DNA from: an uncultured Candidatus Saccharibacteria bacterium
GTDB taxonomy: Bacteria; Patescibacteriota; Minisyncoccia; UBA6257; UBA9933
Assembly: GCA_964642155.1 (NCBI GenBank)
Contig: CAZXNT010000003.1
Location: 64,899 to 128,898 of the forward strand
Length of the DNA: 64,000 nucleotides
Direction of reading: 5' to 3'
The notes under the pieces are model-generated. The model saw nothing but the letters and a program-made list of their open reading frames with translations, searched no databases and was not told the DNA's origin. A program made the position numbers and the translations under genes. This document shows positions 49,018 through 58,871 of this stretch, one piece after another (position 1 is the stretch's first letter; the number at the start of each line of letters is the position of its first letter).

Positions 49018-49964
49018 TGCGACTTTTTTCCGCCAGAGGCGGATCCGCCAAGGGCGGAAAAATAATCGTTAATATTCAAAACCGCCCTAATGGCGTCGCC
49101 GATAGCGATATTTATCTGGCCATATAGAACATCGGTGACGTCGCCGGCTGCCCAAATGCCGTCGCAAGAAGTTTTTTGAGTTTGATGGTCAATAATAATT
49201 TTTCCGTTTTTATTTAATTTAACCAAATCTTTGACAATGCCACTGTTGGGAGCGTAGCCGATTGCCACAAAAACTCCTTCTGTTTTTATTTCTTTAATTT
49301 CCTTACTTTGCCGGTCTTCATATTTTATCGCCGAAACAAAAGTTTCTCCCACAACTTCTTTCGCTTCCGCCATTGTGATAAATTCAACTTTTCCCGATGT
49401 TTTGGCTTTATCAATATAAATCGGGTCTGCTCGAAATGCATCGCCGTATTCCAAAACATAAATTTTTGACGCATGGGGCAATAAATCTAAAACTGCGTAA
49501 AAACCGGAATTACCGCCGCCCACCACGGCCACCGTTTTATTTTTCATCAAAGGCGCGTCGCAAGTGGAACAATAAAAAACTCCCCTACCCGTAAATTCTT
49601 TCTCACCCGGAATACCAAGTTTGCGGTAGCTACTACCCAATGCGACTAAAACCGTTTTTGTTTCAAATTGTTCGCCTCCTACAAAAACTGAAAATCCCGC
49701 ATCAGATTTTTTAATTTCATTAACCCGCGCGCCTTCTTTAATTTCTATTCCCTCGTGAGAACGCAAATGTTCTTCTAAAATATTTTTCATCTCAATACCA
49801 CTCACGGACTTAAACCCAATAAAATTATTTATTTGAGCGGCAACCACGGACTGACCACCAAAAGATTCGGCAACTAATAAAGTTTTTAATTTTTTCCTGG
49901 CGGCATAAATACCGGCCGCAATGCCGGCCGGTCCACCGCCGAGAATAATTAAATCATAAACCAT
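49014..49964 (-). CDS. trxB: Thioredoxin reductase-like FAD oxidoreductase
   Basis: GGGPAG, YCSTCD, VVGGGNSG, AAGDV; ATG 49964 preferred. Confidence 0.88.
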   Translation of the reverse strand: MVYDLIILGGGPAGIAAGIYAARKKLKTLLVAESFGGQSVVAAQINNFIGFKSVSGIEMKNILEEHLRSHEGIEIKEGARVNEIKKSDAGFSVFVGGEQFETKTVLVALGSSYRKLGIPGEKEFTGRGVFYCSTCDAPLMKNKTVAVVGGGNSGFYAVLDLLPHASKIYVLEYGDAFRADPIYIDKAKTSGKVEFITMAEAKEVVGETFVSAIKYEDRQSKEIKEIKTEGVFVAIGYAPNSGIVKDLVKLNKNGKIIIDHQTQKTSCDGIWAAGDVTDVLYGQINIAIGDAIRAVLNINDYFSALGGSASGGKKSQ

Positions 49965-50015
49965 AAAGCATAAAGCAAATTCATGCTTCATGCTTCATGC
50001 TTCATGTTTCATGTT

Positions 50016-50243
50016 TCATGCTTTCAACGCCTTATCTATCTCCGGCCTGTTGAATCCGACAATAATTGTTCCATCAATATCAATTACCGGAACTCCCATT
50101 TGGTGGGATTTCGCAACTAATTCTTCGCGCGCTTTCTCGTCAACCGAAACGTCAAAATCCTGATATTCAACTCCGAGCTTTTTGAAATAATCTTTTGCCA
50201 TTACACAGTAAGGGCAAGTTGGCGTGGAATAAATTTTTATCAT
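50016..50243 (-). CDS. Glutaredoxin-like protein
   Basis: YSTPTCPYC, GVPVI, IVGF. Confidence 0.92.
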   Translation of the reverse strand: MIKIYSTPTCPYCVMAKDYFKKLGVEYQDFDVSVDEKAREELVAKSHQMGVPVIDIDGTIIVGFNRPEIDKALKA

Positions 50244-50413
50244 AGTAATGGTGGTTTATTTCCGAATATTTTCCACAAAGCAGTGATAATAATCAAAACG
50301 CCGGCAACCACATTACTCCACATCGCTAAAGTATATGTGGAAAAACCGAGAATCCAGGGAGAAACTAAAACCCATAATCCAAGCAAAAAAACAATCCATT
50401 TAAGTCCTTTCAT
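50240..50413 (-). CDS. SPW-repeat small membrane protein (57 aa)
   Basis: Not in ORF track; MKGLKWIVFLLGLWVLVSPWILGF...WSNVVAG; ATGA overlap with glutaredoxin. Confidence 0.8.
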   Translation of the reverse strand: MKGLKWIVFLLGLWVLVSPWILGFSTYTLAMWSNVVAGVLIIITALWKIFGNKPPLL

Positions 50414-50484
50414 ATATTCGTATATTTAATATTTCGTGAATTTCAACGACCTTTTAAATATTATAACAAACCTTCCAAAATAAC

Positions 50485-50509
50485 AAAACCCCCGATAAAC
50501 GGGGGTTTC
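50485..50509 (-). terminator. Intrinsic terminator
   Basis: AAACCCCCG-ATAAA-CGGGGGTTT. Confidence 0.7.
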
Positions 50510-50522
50510 GATTTTTCTGCGA

Positions 50523-50912
50523 TTATCTGCGGAATCCTCCTCTGCCACCTCTGCCTCCGTCCCTGCCTCCTCCAAAAGATTGTCTCTTTTGGCGATGGCA
50601 ATCGCGACACAAAAGCTGTCCAACTCTGGACGGGTCGGGTTCAAAAGGAAGTTCTGAGATCTTTGAATTGCACTGAGAGCACTGCCAGTCGCCTTGGTAC
50701 ATTTGGCTGGTGCCAAACGAGCGTCCGCCTCTGTCTCCTCCGCCGCTAAAAGAACCTCTTTTAGCTTTGTGACAGCTGCTGCACAAAAGCTGATCAAGCC
50801 TTGATTCATCCGGCTCAAAAGGAAGCTCTGTGATTTGGTTGTCGCATTGCGAACATTGCCAATTGCCTTGGTACATCTTGCGCTGAAAATCGCCTTGATT
50901 TCCGTAAGCCAT
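50523..50912 (-). CDS. Tandem CxxC-x17-CxxC-like zinc-ribbon protein with RGG tail
   Basis: Two repeats MYQGxWQCSQC...ELPFEPD...LLCxxCH; GGRGGRGG tail. Confidence 0.85.
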   Translation of the reverse strand: MAYGNQGDFQRKMYQGNWQCSQCDNQITELPFEPDESRLDQLLCSSCHKAKRGSFSGGGDRGGRSFGTSQMYQGDWQCSQCNSKISELPFEPDPSRVGQLLCRDCHRQKRQSFGGGRDGGRGGRGGFRR

Positions 50913-51131
50913 TTTGCCTTTCTACGAATTACGAATATTACGAATATGCGAAAAAAAATCGCGCCTTAGTATTTATTTTGTATTTCGTAGCACTTATATT
51001 TATCGTCCCTTTTTTACGTTTAATGCTAAGGCAAAATAGCTGAAAGCCCCTTGTCTTATACTAAACTTGTTGTATTTTATTACTAAAATTTGAAATTGTC
51101 AACTGTTTCAATTTGCGGTAGAATAAACCGT

Positions 51132-52430
51132 ATGTTAAATACACGAATAAGCTTTAAAAAATTGATTATTATTTTCAGCGATATTGCCATTCTTTACGGC
51201 TCGCTTATTTTGACATTGATAATCCGCTACGGCGCGGTTCATTTTCCTAACGCCTTCCAAAGCCACTTGCAACCGTTTTCATTGATTTTTATTTTCTGGA
51301 TTTTAATTTTCTATCTTTTTAATTTTTATTCCGAAAAATTTTTCAAATACAATCTGGCGGCGACGCAAAACTTCATTTCGGCGATTATCGTAAACATCGC
51401 CATTTCCATGGCCATATTTTACGCTTTTGAGCCGTTTTTCAAACTTACTCCGAAAACCAATCTTTTAATTTTTTCGCTGATATTCTTAATCGCGGATTAC
51501 GCCTGGCGCGTGGGCTTATCCAAAATTTTTATCGCCCGGGGCTTAAAAAAACAAATTGTTATTATCGGCGATTCGCCGGTTGCCGAAGAATTGGCTGATT
51601 ATTTGAATAATAATCCGCAAATCGGATACAGCGCTAAAATTAAAAAAATTGAGGATATTAAAAATATCAATGGCGCCGAGGAAATTGTCATAAGTAACGC
51701 GCTTAAAAAAAATCCGGACGTCATAAAAATAATTTACGGGCTTTTACCTCTTAACATTAAAATTTTCAATCTTGCGGATTTTTATGAAATGATTTTTCAA
51801 AAAGCGCCGCTTAAAGAAGTTGAAGAATTGTGGTTTATCGAGCAAATAACCGCGACAACTCATTTTTACGACGCCTTAAAAAGAATAATGGATGTTGTTT
51901 TATCCGTAATTTTAATAATCGCATTTTCACCGATAATGCTGTTAATCGCGATTTTAATAAAAGTTAATTCAAAGGGACCAATTATTTATAAACATAAAAG
52001 AACAGGGATCAATGATAAACCATTTATTCTTTATAAATTCAGAATTATGATAGCCAATCACAATGGTCCTCTTGTTACAGAAAAAAATGATTCTCGTCTA
52101 ACTTTTATTGGAAAAATTATTAATTACACTCATTTGAATGAAATCCCTCAATTATTTAATATTTTAAAAGGAGATATGTCTTTTATCGGTCCGCGACCGG
52201 AAAGTAGCCAATTGGTTGAGATTTACAAAAAATTACCGTATTATGAAATCCGCCATATCATTAAACCCGGACTCACGGGCTGGGCGCAAGTAAATTATAA
52301 ACCCAGCGCCTCACTGGAAGAAGCATTTGAAAAACTGCAATACGATATTTACTACATCAAAAACCGCTCGCTAGTTCTGGATTTCCTGATTTTAATAAAA
52401 ACCATAAAATATTTATTTATTTCACACTAA
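51132..52430 (+). CDS. Priming sugar transferase (polyprenyl glycosylphosphotransferase)
   Basis: KRIMD, YKFR, LNEIPQL, GDMSFIGPRPE, KPGLTGWAQV. Confidence 0.92.
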   Translation: MLNTRISFKKLIIIFSDIAILYGSLILTLIIRYGAVHFPNAFQSHLQPFSLIFIFWILIFYLFNFYSEKFFKYNLAATQNFISAIIVNIAISMAIFYAFEPFFKLTPKTNLLIFSLIFLIADYAWRVGLSKIFIARGLKKQIVIIGDSPVAEELADYLNNNPQIGYSAKIKKIEDIKNINGAEEIVISNALKKNPDVIKIIYGLLPLNIKIFNLADFYEMIFQKAPLKEVEELWFIEQITATTHFYDALKRIMDVVLSVILIIAFSPIMLLIAILIKVNSKGPIIYKHKRTGINDKPFILYKFRIMIANHNGPLVTEKNDSRLTFIGKIINYTHLNEIPQLFNILKGDMSFIGPRPESSQLVEIYKKLPYYEIRHIIKPGLTGWAQVNYKPSASLEEAFEKLQYDIYYIKNRSLVLDFLILIKTIKYLFISH

Positions 52431-53900
52431 ATGATAAATCGCCTTAAAGACCTTTTATTCACAAACCGCTCGGCTAAACAAACAATAGCAAAAAATGTTT
52501 TTTGGTTAAGTGTTGGACAAATCGGTAGCCGCCTGATAAGAGCAGCAATTATTATTTACGCGGCGCGAATTCTAGGCGCTGCGGAATACGGAATTTTTTC
52601 TTATGTTTTAGGATTAGCGGGATTTTTCACTATTTTTGCCGATTTAGGCGTAAGTCCACTGATGACGCGCGAAATTGCCAGCCACCCGGATAAACGCGCG
52701 GCATATTTTGCCAACGCATTTTGGATAAAAAATATATTATTGGCAATTACTGCCGCTTTAATTATTTTTGTCGCTCCTAAATTCTCTAACATAGAAGCCG
52801 CCATTGCTCTACTTCCTTTTGTTGCCCTACTTGTCCTTTTTGATAATTTCCGCGATTTTATTTTTTCTTATTTTAGAGGAATTGAAAAAATGGAATTAGA
52901 AGCGTTTTTAGTTATTATTATGAACACGGCAATAACCGTGTCTGGATTTATTATTTTAAATTTTTATCAAACCGCCGGCGCTTTATTATTTTCTTATATT
53001 TTTAGCGTTGGAATTTTAAGCATTATTTCTTTCTATTTTGTTAAAGATTTTATTAAAGGAGTTTTTAAAAATTTTGACAAGGAAATTTTAAAACAATTTT
53101 TTCATGATTGTTGGCCGTTGGCTTTTAGCGGATTATTCGGCGTATTTATGCTCAATATTGATATTGTAATGCTTGGCTGGTGGCGTAGCGCTGAAGAAAT
53201 CGGCTATTATTCCGCAAGCCAAAAAGTTGTTCAATTATTTTATACTCTGCCTGCGATACTTGCCAGCGCCGTTTTTCCGACGATAGCGCGTTTTATAAGA
53301 CAAAATGAGAAAGATAAAGCGCGCGTTCTTAATGAAAAATCAATGACTATTTTATATTTTATCGCCATTCCTTTAGCAATTGGCGGCATTATTTTAAGCA
53401 AGTCTATTATAAGATTTCTTTTCGGCGAAGCATATCTGCCAGCCTCCGCGTCATTCCAAATATTAATCGCCGCTTTGTTTATTAATTTTCCCGGCGCCAT
53501 TCTTAGCAATTTATTGATGGCATATAATCAACAAAGACGACTTATCAATTATGTGATTGCCGGCTCCGCCAGCAATGTAATTTTAAACGCCCTGCTTATT
53601 CCTTCTTTTGGCATTGTTGGCTCGGCAATCGCCACTATAATTGCGCAATTTGCTTATTTCGCGCCAATTTGGCTGAAAATGAAAAAACTTGGAAATTTTA
53701 AAACCCTTCGCCATTTAAAAAAAATAATAACCAGTGCGGCTATTATGGGAATTTTCTCCTTTTTTATCAATAAATTGGGTTTAAATGTAATTTTAAATAT
53801 TACTATTTCCGCCGGAATTTATTTTCTGTCCCTTTATTTATTAAAAGAAAAAATCTTAAAAGAAGTGCTTGAGCTTTTTAAGAAAGTTAAAACGCCTTAA
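52431..53900 (+). CDS. Wzx-type polysaccharide flippase
   Basis: ARILGAAEYG, DLG, DIVMLG, IGYYSA; many TM helices. Confidence 0.9.
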   Translation: MINRLKDLLFTNRSAKQTIAKNVFWLSVGQIGSRLIRAAIIIYAARILGAAEYGIFSYVLGLAGFFTIFADLGVSPLMTREIASHPDKRAAYFANAFWIKNILLAITAALIIFVAPKFSNIEAAIALLPFVALLVLFDNFRDFIFSYFRGIEKMELEAFLVIIMNTAITVSGFIILNFYQTAGALLFSYIFSVGILSIISFYFVKDFIKGVFKNFDKEILKQFFHDCWPLAFSGLFGVFMLNIDIVMLGWWRSAEEIGYYSASQKVVQLFYTLPAILASAVFPTIARFIRQNEKDKARVLNEKSMTILYFIAIPLAIGGIILSKSIIRFLFGEAYLPASASFQILIAALFINFPGAILSNLLMAYNQQRRLINYVIAGSASNVILNALLIPSFGIVGSAIATIIAQFAYFAPIWLKMKKLGNFKTLRHLKKIITSAAIMGIFSFFINKLGLNVILNITISAGIYFLSLYLLKEKILKEVLELFKKVKTP

Positions 53901-54619
53901 TAACTTTTTCTCCACCAAGCCAATAAAAAGGCCAAAAAGATTCCTGTAAATAAACCTGACATTCCCCCAATAACAACATTAAGCAACGATTTTCTGTTTG
54001 ATGATTTTTCTGTTGCCGCTGAAAAAGAAATCATTTCTGTTGGTTGGATGTCCGCCATTTCCTCTTTCAATTTGTTAATTTGTTGTATTTCCGCACTTTT
54101 TAACAAAAGTAAAACAAATTGTTGGCCGGATATCTTCATCTCTGATTCTATATTTTTTTCTTCCTGTTCCAATAAATCAATTTTTATTTGTATTCTGTTT
54201 ATTTCGCTTTCCAATATTCCCTTTTTGGCGTTTATTTTTTTATTATGCGCGTTAAGTATCGCGCCGCTCACTTCATCTAAAGCGTTTTTGATTTTTTCTT
54301 GGTTGCCACCCTCTATTTTTATTTCAATTAAATTGGTTTTTATCGGATTTGAAGCGATAATTTTGCCGTCAGCGTATATTCCATAAACCTCTTGCCCAAT
54401 TTTTTCCAATAATTGTTCAGGCTGTTCCACTAATTCTAATTTATTTTTATAACCTGTTTCCAATAATATTTTACCTTCGTAAACTTTATCTTTTGAAACA
54501 AATTCGTAATTAAAACCGGCTGCAAAAATAATTCCCAATAAAAACAGCCCAAAAATCAACTTTTTGTTTCCAAATATCAATTTAATATAATCCCTTAAAT
54601 CAACTTCTTTTTCATCCAT
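53897..54619 (-). CDS. Wzz-like chain-length determinant
   Basis: EVDLRDYI, two terminal TM helices, coiled coil. Confidence 0.8.
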   Translation of the reverse strand: MDEKEVDLRDYIKLIFGNKKLIFGLFLLGIIFAAGFNYEFVSKDKVYEGKILLETGYKNKLELVEQPEQLLEKIGQEVYGIYADGKIIASNPIKTNLIEIKIEGGNQEKIKNALDEVSGAILNAHNKKINAKKGILESEINRIQIKIDLLEQEEKNIESEMKISGQQFVLLLLKSAEIQQINKLKEEMADIQPTEMISFSAATEKSSNRKSLLNVVIGGMSGLFTGIFLAFLLAWWRKSY

Positions 54620-54696
54620 TGAATTATCTTAAAATAGTTTTTCTAATTTGTCCATATGAGCATTAAAAAATTATTCACAAAAAATAAAAGCGTAAA

Positions 54697-55878
54697 TTAT
54701 CGTTTAAAATTTCCAATAAATTCAATAATTCTTTTTGCCACTACGCCATCTCCATAAGGATTATTGCCAGACGCCATTTTTTTATAAATATTTTCATTAT
54801 CCAATAATAAAAGCGCTTCCTTTATGATATTCTCTGAATTTGTTCCGACGAGTTTTGATACACCGGCTTCTATTCCTTCTTGGCGTTCAGTTTTATTTCT
54901 CATCACTAAAACCGGCTTTTTTAATGACGGCGCTTCTTCCTGAATTCCGCCGGAATCGGTTAAAATCAAATATGATTTATCCATCAAAAATACGAACTCG
55001 TCATATTCCAATGGCTCAACCAGATGAATATTTACGACACCCTCCAATATCTCATGCGCCAAATGATAAACATTTGGATTTAAATGAACCGGATAAATTA
55101 TTTCCACATCATTTCTTTTTTGCGCGATTTCTTTAATCGCTGAAAAAATATTCTGTAGTCCTTCGCCGAAACTTTCTCTTCTATGTGCGGTGACTAAAAT
55201 TATTTTTTTATTATTTAAATTAACTCTATATTTTTTTGAAAAATTTTCTTCGTATTTTTTAATATTATTTTTTTGATTTTCTTTTATTATAAATAACGCA
55301 TCAATCGCCGTATTGCCGGTTAAAAATATTTTTTCTTCCGCGATGCCTTCTTTTAAAAGATTATCTTTTGCCTGTCTTGTCGGCGCGAAATGAAAATCGG
55401 CCAGGCGGCATATAAGCTGACGATTCATTTCTTCGGGAAAAGGACTATATTTGTCATAAGTTCTTAAGCCGGCCTCAATATGAGCAATTTTAATTTTAAA
55501 GTGATAAGCTAAAAAAGCGGCTAAAAAAGCGGTAGAGGTGTCTCCCTGAACCATTAAAATATCCGGCTTTTCTTTTTTTAAAATCCGTAAAAATTTCAAA
55601 AACGAAAATCCGCTTATGATTAAATTTTTGGCTTTTTTAAAAATATTTATTTTTTTGCCAAATAATGATTTATCATTTAACGTAATTCTTAAATCATAAT
55701 TCGGCTCAATATTAAAAACCTTTAATATGTGGTTGAGCATCTTATCGTGTTGGCGAAAAACACAAATAATTCCCTTTAATGAAGAATGATTTTTAATTTC
55801 TTTAATTATCGGCGCGAATTTAATCGCTTCCGGCCGCGTACCGAATACTATTAAAATTTTTTCCATATTATTATTCAT
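54697..55878 (-). CDS. wecB: UDP-N-acetylglucosamine 2-epimerase
   Basis: FGTRPEAIK, QGDT, HIEAGLRT, HRRES, DSGGIQEE. Confidence 0.95.
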   Translation of the reverse strand: MNNNMEKILIVFGTRPEAIKFAPIIKEIKNHSSLKGIICVFRQHDKMLNHILKVFNIEPNYDLRITLNDKSLFGKKINIFKKAKNLIISGFSFLKFLRILKKEKPDILMVQGDTSTAFLAAFLAYHFKIKIAHIEAGLRTYDKYSPFPEEMNRQLICRLADFHFAPTRQAKDNLLKEGIAEEKIFLTGNTAIDALFIIKENQKNNIKKYEENFSKKYRVNLNNKKIILVTAHRRESFGEGLQNIFSAIKEIAQKRNDVEIIYPVHLNPNVYHLAHEILEGVVNIHLVEPLEYDEFVFLMDKSYLILTDSGGIQEEAPSLKKPVLVMRNKTERQEGIEAGVSKLVGTNSENIIKEALLLLDNENIYKKMASGNNPYGDGVVAKRIIEFIGNFKR

Positions 55879-57101
55879 ATTAACAATTTTTCAAATTTAT
55901 CCACACAAACTTTTTTCTCCATATTTTCCAAAAGATATTTTAAGCCATTTTCGCCATATTCTTTTAATTTTTCTTTTTCATTATACATTTTTAAAATTAT
56001 TTCCAGCGCTTTTTCTTCATCATTTGAAACTGCGCCATAACCGCATTTGGCTTCTTTAACGATTAACAAACCCTCGCTTTCTTTATGTAAAAAAGCGACA
56101 ACCGGCACAGCGGTGGCCATATAGCCCAAAATTTTTGCCGGCACCGCGGGAGTGGTGTTTCGCGCGGTAAGACAAATTATGCCAACGTCGCAATCTTTAA
56201 CCAATTCGGGATATTCTTCCAAAGAAACAAATGGTTTAAAAATCACATTTTCCAAATTATGTTCTTTTGCCATTTTCACCAAATTTTCTTTTACCGATCC
56301 GTCACCCACAAAAAGAAAAATAATGTCTTTATTATTTCTTATTTTATCCGCCATTCTAATAAACAAATTAAGTCCTTGCGACGGCCCAAGCACTCCGCCG
56401 AATAAAAAAATGAATTTATTTTCTAAACCGTATAGTTTTCTGAATTTACCGGTTTTTTTTACATTCAAAAACGGCTCGCTGTCTATCCAATGATTCACTA
56501 TTTGTGTTTTTCCCATTGCCACGTTTCTTTTTTCTTCAATAAATTTTTTATGCTCATTAGAAGGCACTACAATCAAATCAGAATTTTTATAAGCGCTTTT
56601 TTCCATTTGCTTAAAAAGCCAAATAGCCGGCCAATGCTTCCATTTTTTTAAAACTCCAAGATCAATGGCATTTTGCGGAAAAATATCATGAAGATTAAGA
56701 ATATATTTCGCGCCGTAATATTTTTTTACTTTATAAGCGGCTATTGAAAGCGGCAACGGCGGGCTATGAACAATTACGACATCTAATTTTCCTTTAATAT
56801 TTTGTTTAATTTTACGGAAAAAAATATAGGGCATCAAAACCTGCGCTATGCCCCTGATAATAAAATTTACCTTGTGGTGCGGAAGGGTTTTTATGCGTAA
56901 AACTTTTATGCCGTTTTCATCAACAACTTCCGTCCAAGCGGTGTTTCCAGAATCCGCTAAATTATATTTAGGATAAGAAGTGGCAACCCAAACATTATGC
57001 CCTTTATCGCGCAAACCATCCGCTAAATCTTTCATTAATTGCGCGGCTGAACGGATTTCCGGAGGATAAGAATCTGTAATGATTAAAATATTTTTTTTCA
57101 T
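55875..57101 (-). CDS. GT4 glycosyltransferase (WbuB-like)
   Basis: YPPE, SPPL, DIFP, PAKILGYMA. Confidence 0.88.
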   Translation of the reverse strand: MKKNILIITDSYPPEIRSAAQLMKDLADGLRDKGHNVWVATSYPKYNLADSGNTAWTEVVDENGIKVLRIKTLPHHKVNFIIRGIAQVLMPYIFFRKIKQNIKGKLDVVIVHSPPLPLSIAAYKVKKYYGAKYILNLHDIFPQNAIDLGVLKKWKHWPAIWLFKQMEKSAYKNSDLIVVPSNEHKKFIEEKRNVAMGKTQIVNHWIDSEPFLNVKKTGKFRKLYGLENKFIFLFGGVLGPSQGLNLFIRMADKIRNNKDIIFLFVGDGSVKENLVKMAKEHNLENVIFKPFVSLEEYPELVKDCDVGIICLTARNTTPAVPAKILGYMATAVPVVAFLHKESEGLLIVKEAKCGYGAVSNDEEKALEIILKMYNEKEKLKEYGENGLKYLLENMEKKVCVDKFEKLLI

Positions 57102-57113
57102 AAAAATGCGGCT

Positions 57114-58739
57114 TCACTTAAAATAACTCCAAAATCTTTCTTTGGCTTTATCATATCTGTCGCCCCAGTCTTTCATTTTTTGAAGTTTCTCTTCAAGGTC
57201 AAGCATTATTTTTGCCGATATAAGAATTGATTCTATTGAATCCCCGTCTTCGTTATTGGCTATTTTTCTTCCTATCTCTTGATACATATCTCTATAGCTA
57301 TTAGTTTTAAATATTCTCTTTTTTCTGATTATTCTGTAATTGTCTTCGGATTGATATTTTATGGCATCTATTATTCTTATGTTTCTTCCGTGGACTTTTA
57401 ATTCCACAATATCCCTTGGCCCCACTCTTAAGCTGCCTTTTTCGCTAAAAGTCGTCGTGAATGTGGCTCCATTTTCAAGTTCTATCCAAACTTCAACTGC
57501 ATTGTCCTGTAACAATTTAATGTCTGAATTTATCGGCTTGCTGAAATTATTAAGATGAAGAAAATGGTCAATCTGATGACAGCCATTGGCGAAAAACGTG
57601 CTTCTTGAAACCGGCCAATTATACCAAAAAAATTCCGGCTGAAGCAATTCATAAACTATTGAGTGATAGGAAATCGGCTCTCCGTATTTTACGCCGAGGT
57701 CTTCAAGGGCAAATTTATTAAATGCGCCATAGCGTTTGTGAAATCCGATAAAAAGTTTTCTTCCGGATTTTCTTAAAGCTTTTTCCAATTCATTTAATTC
57801 ATCATAATCGTTGACAACCGGTTTTTCCACGACAACATACGCGCCTTGGTTTAAAGCATGTAAAGTTATCGGAACATGGGTGTGATTGTAGCTGGCAACA
57901 AAATAAACGTCGTATTTTTCGTCTTTTCTCGGAAGGGGCGAAGAATCCCATCTTTCAATTCCTTGTTCAAAAAATATCTGTGTTGGGTCGATTTCATGGA
58001 CTGATTTTATTTCCACAAAAGGCTTGGAATAAGGAATGATATTGGTTTTCGCGTAATTGCCATAACCAAACAAAACCCCACTCTTTTTATTATTAGAATT
58101 TATATTGCTAATTTGCCCTCTAGTTTCTGAAACAGGATTTGCATTTTTTATATCAATCTTTTGAGAATTGAGCCATTTACTATTTTTAATCTCGTTTACT
58201 AATCCATCCGCCAACTTTTTCCGCGCTTCTTTGGAAATTTCTATTCCCGAATAAACACTCCACCCCATAACATCTTTCCACCAAACGTCTTGCTGTTCAT
58301 TTTTTCCAAAAGAGGAATATAAAATCGCATCTTCCGACATTTCAGGCAAATTAGATTTATCAATTCCAAAAATTAACTCTTCCGGCAAAACAACCCGCTC
58401 TACAAGAGCCGGATGCAAAGGCGCCACAAAATCAACCCAATCTCCTTTTTGAAAAATTTTATTGTCGGGGCTTTCAATAATTTTCCCCATTCCACAAGAA
58501 ACATATTTTTCATTACGCCGTTCTTCTCTGAGTCGAGACCATGTTTTTGTGAATAAACCATGAGGCCCAACAACTGGAAAATAATTAATCAATAATCTCA
58601 AACTTTTTACTCTTGTGTGATAAACATTTTCAAGTTTTTCAAGATTTTTCCAAGCAAAAACCTGAATTCTGTATTCATTTTTATTTCGGCAATAATCCAA
58701 ATAACCCTCTCTCCATTTTTTGCCAGCAAGTATTCTCAT
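57114..58739 (-). CDS. Gfo/Idh/MocA-type oxidoreductase domain protein
   Basis: GYGNYA, VVVEKP, IGFHKRY, CHQID. Confidence 0.8.
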   Translation of the reverse strand: MRILAGKKWREGYLDYCRNKNEYRIQVFAWKNLEKLENVYHTRVKSLRLLINYFPVVGPHGLFTKTWSRLREERRNEKYVSCGMGKIIESPDNKIFQKGDWVDFVAPLHPALVERVVLPEELIFGIDKSNLPEMSEDAILYSSFGKNEQQDVWWKDVMGWSVYSGIEISKEARKKLADGLVNEIKNSKWLNSQKIDIKNANPVSETRGQISNINSNNKKSGVLFGYGNYAKTNIIPYSKPFVEIKSVHEIDPTQIFFEQGIERWDSSPLPRKDEKYDVYFVASYNHTHVPITLHALNQGAYVVVEKPVVNDYDELNELEKALRKSGRKLFIGFHKRYGAFNKFALEDLGVKYGEPISYHSIVYELLQPEFFWYNWPVSRSTFFANGCHQIDHFLHLNNFSKPINSDIKLLQDNAVEVWIELENGATFTTTFSEKGSLRVGPRDIVELKVHGRNIRIIDAIKYQSEDNYRIIRKKRIFKTNSYRDMYQEIGRKIANNEDGDSIESILISAKIMLDLEEKLQKMKDWGDRYDKAKERFWSYFK

Positions 58740-58753
58740 GATTTTTAAATATA

Positions 58754-58858
58754 CTAAATTTTATTCTGTTTATCAACTTTTAATTTTGTTTCATAAATTT
58801 TCGCGTCAATTAAAAACCTGTACCAAAAAGCCTGTAAAAAGTGAAATATCAAGCCCTT
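58754..58858 (-). pseudogene. Displaced duplicate 3' end of the GT2 gene
   Basis: Reads KGLIFHFLQAFWYRFLIDAKIYETKLKVDKQNKI*, near-identical to the end of 60312-61103. Confidence 0.85.
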
Positions 58859-58871
58859 ATTATTTGCGAAT

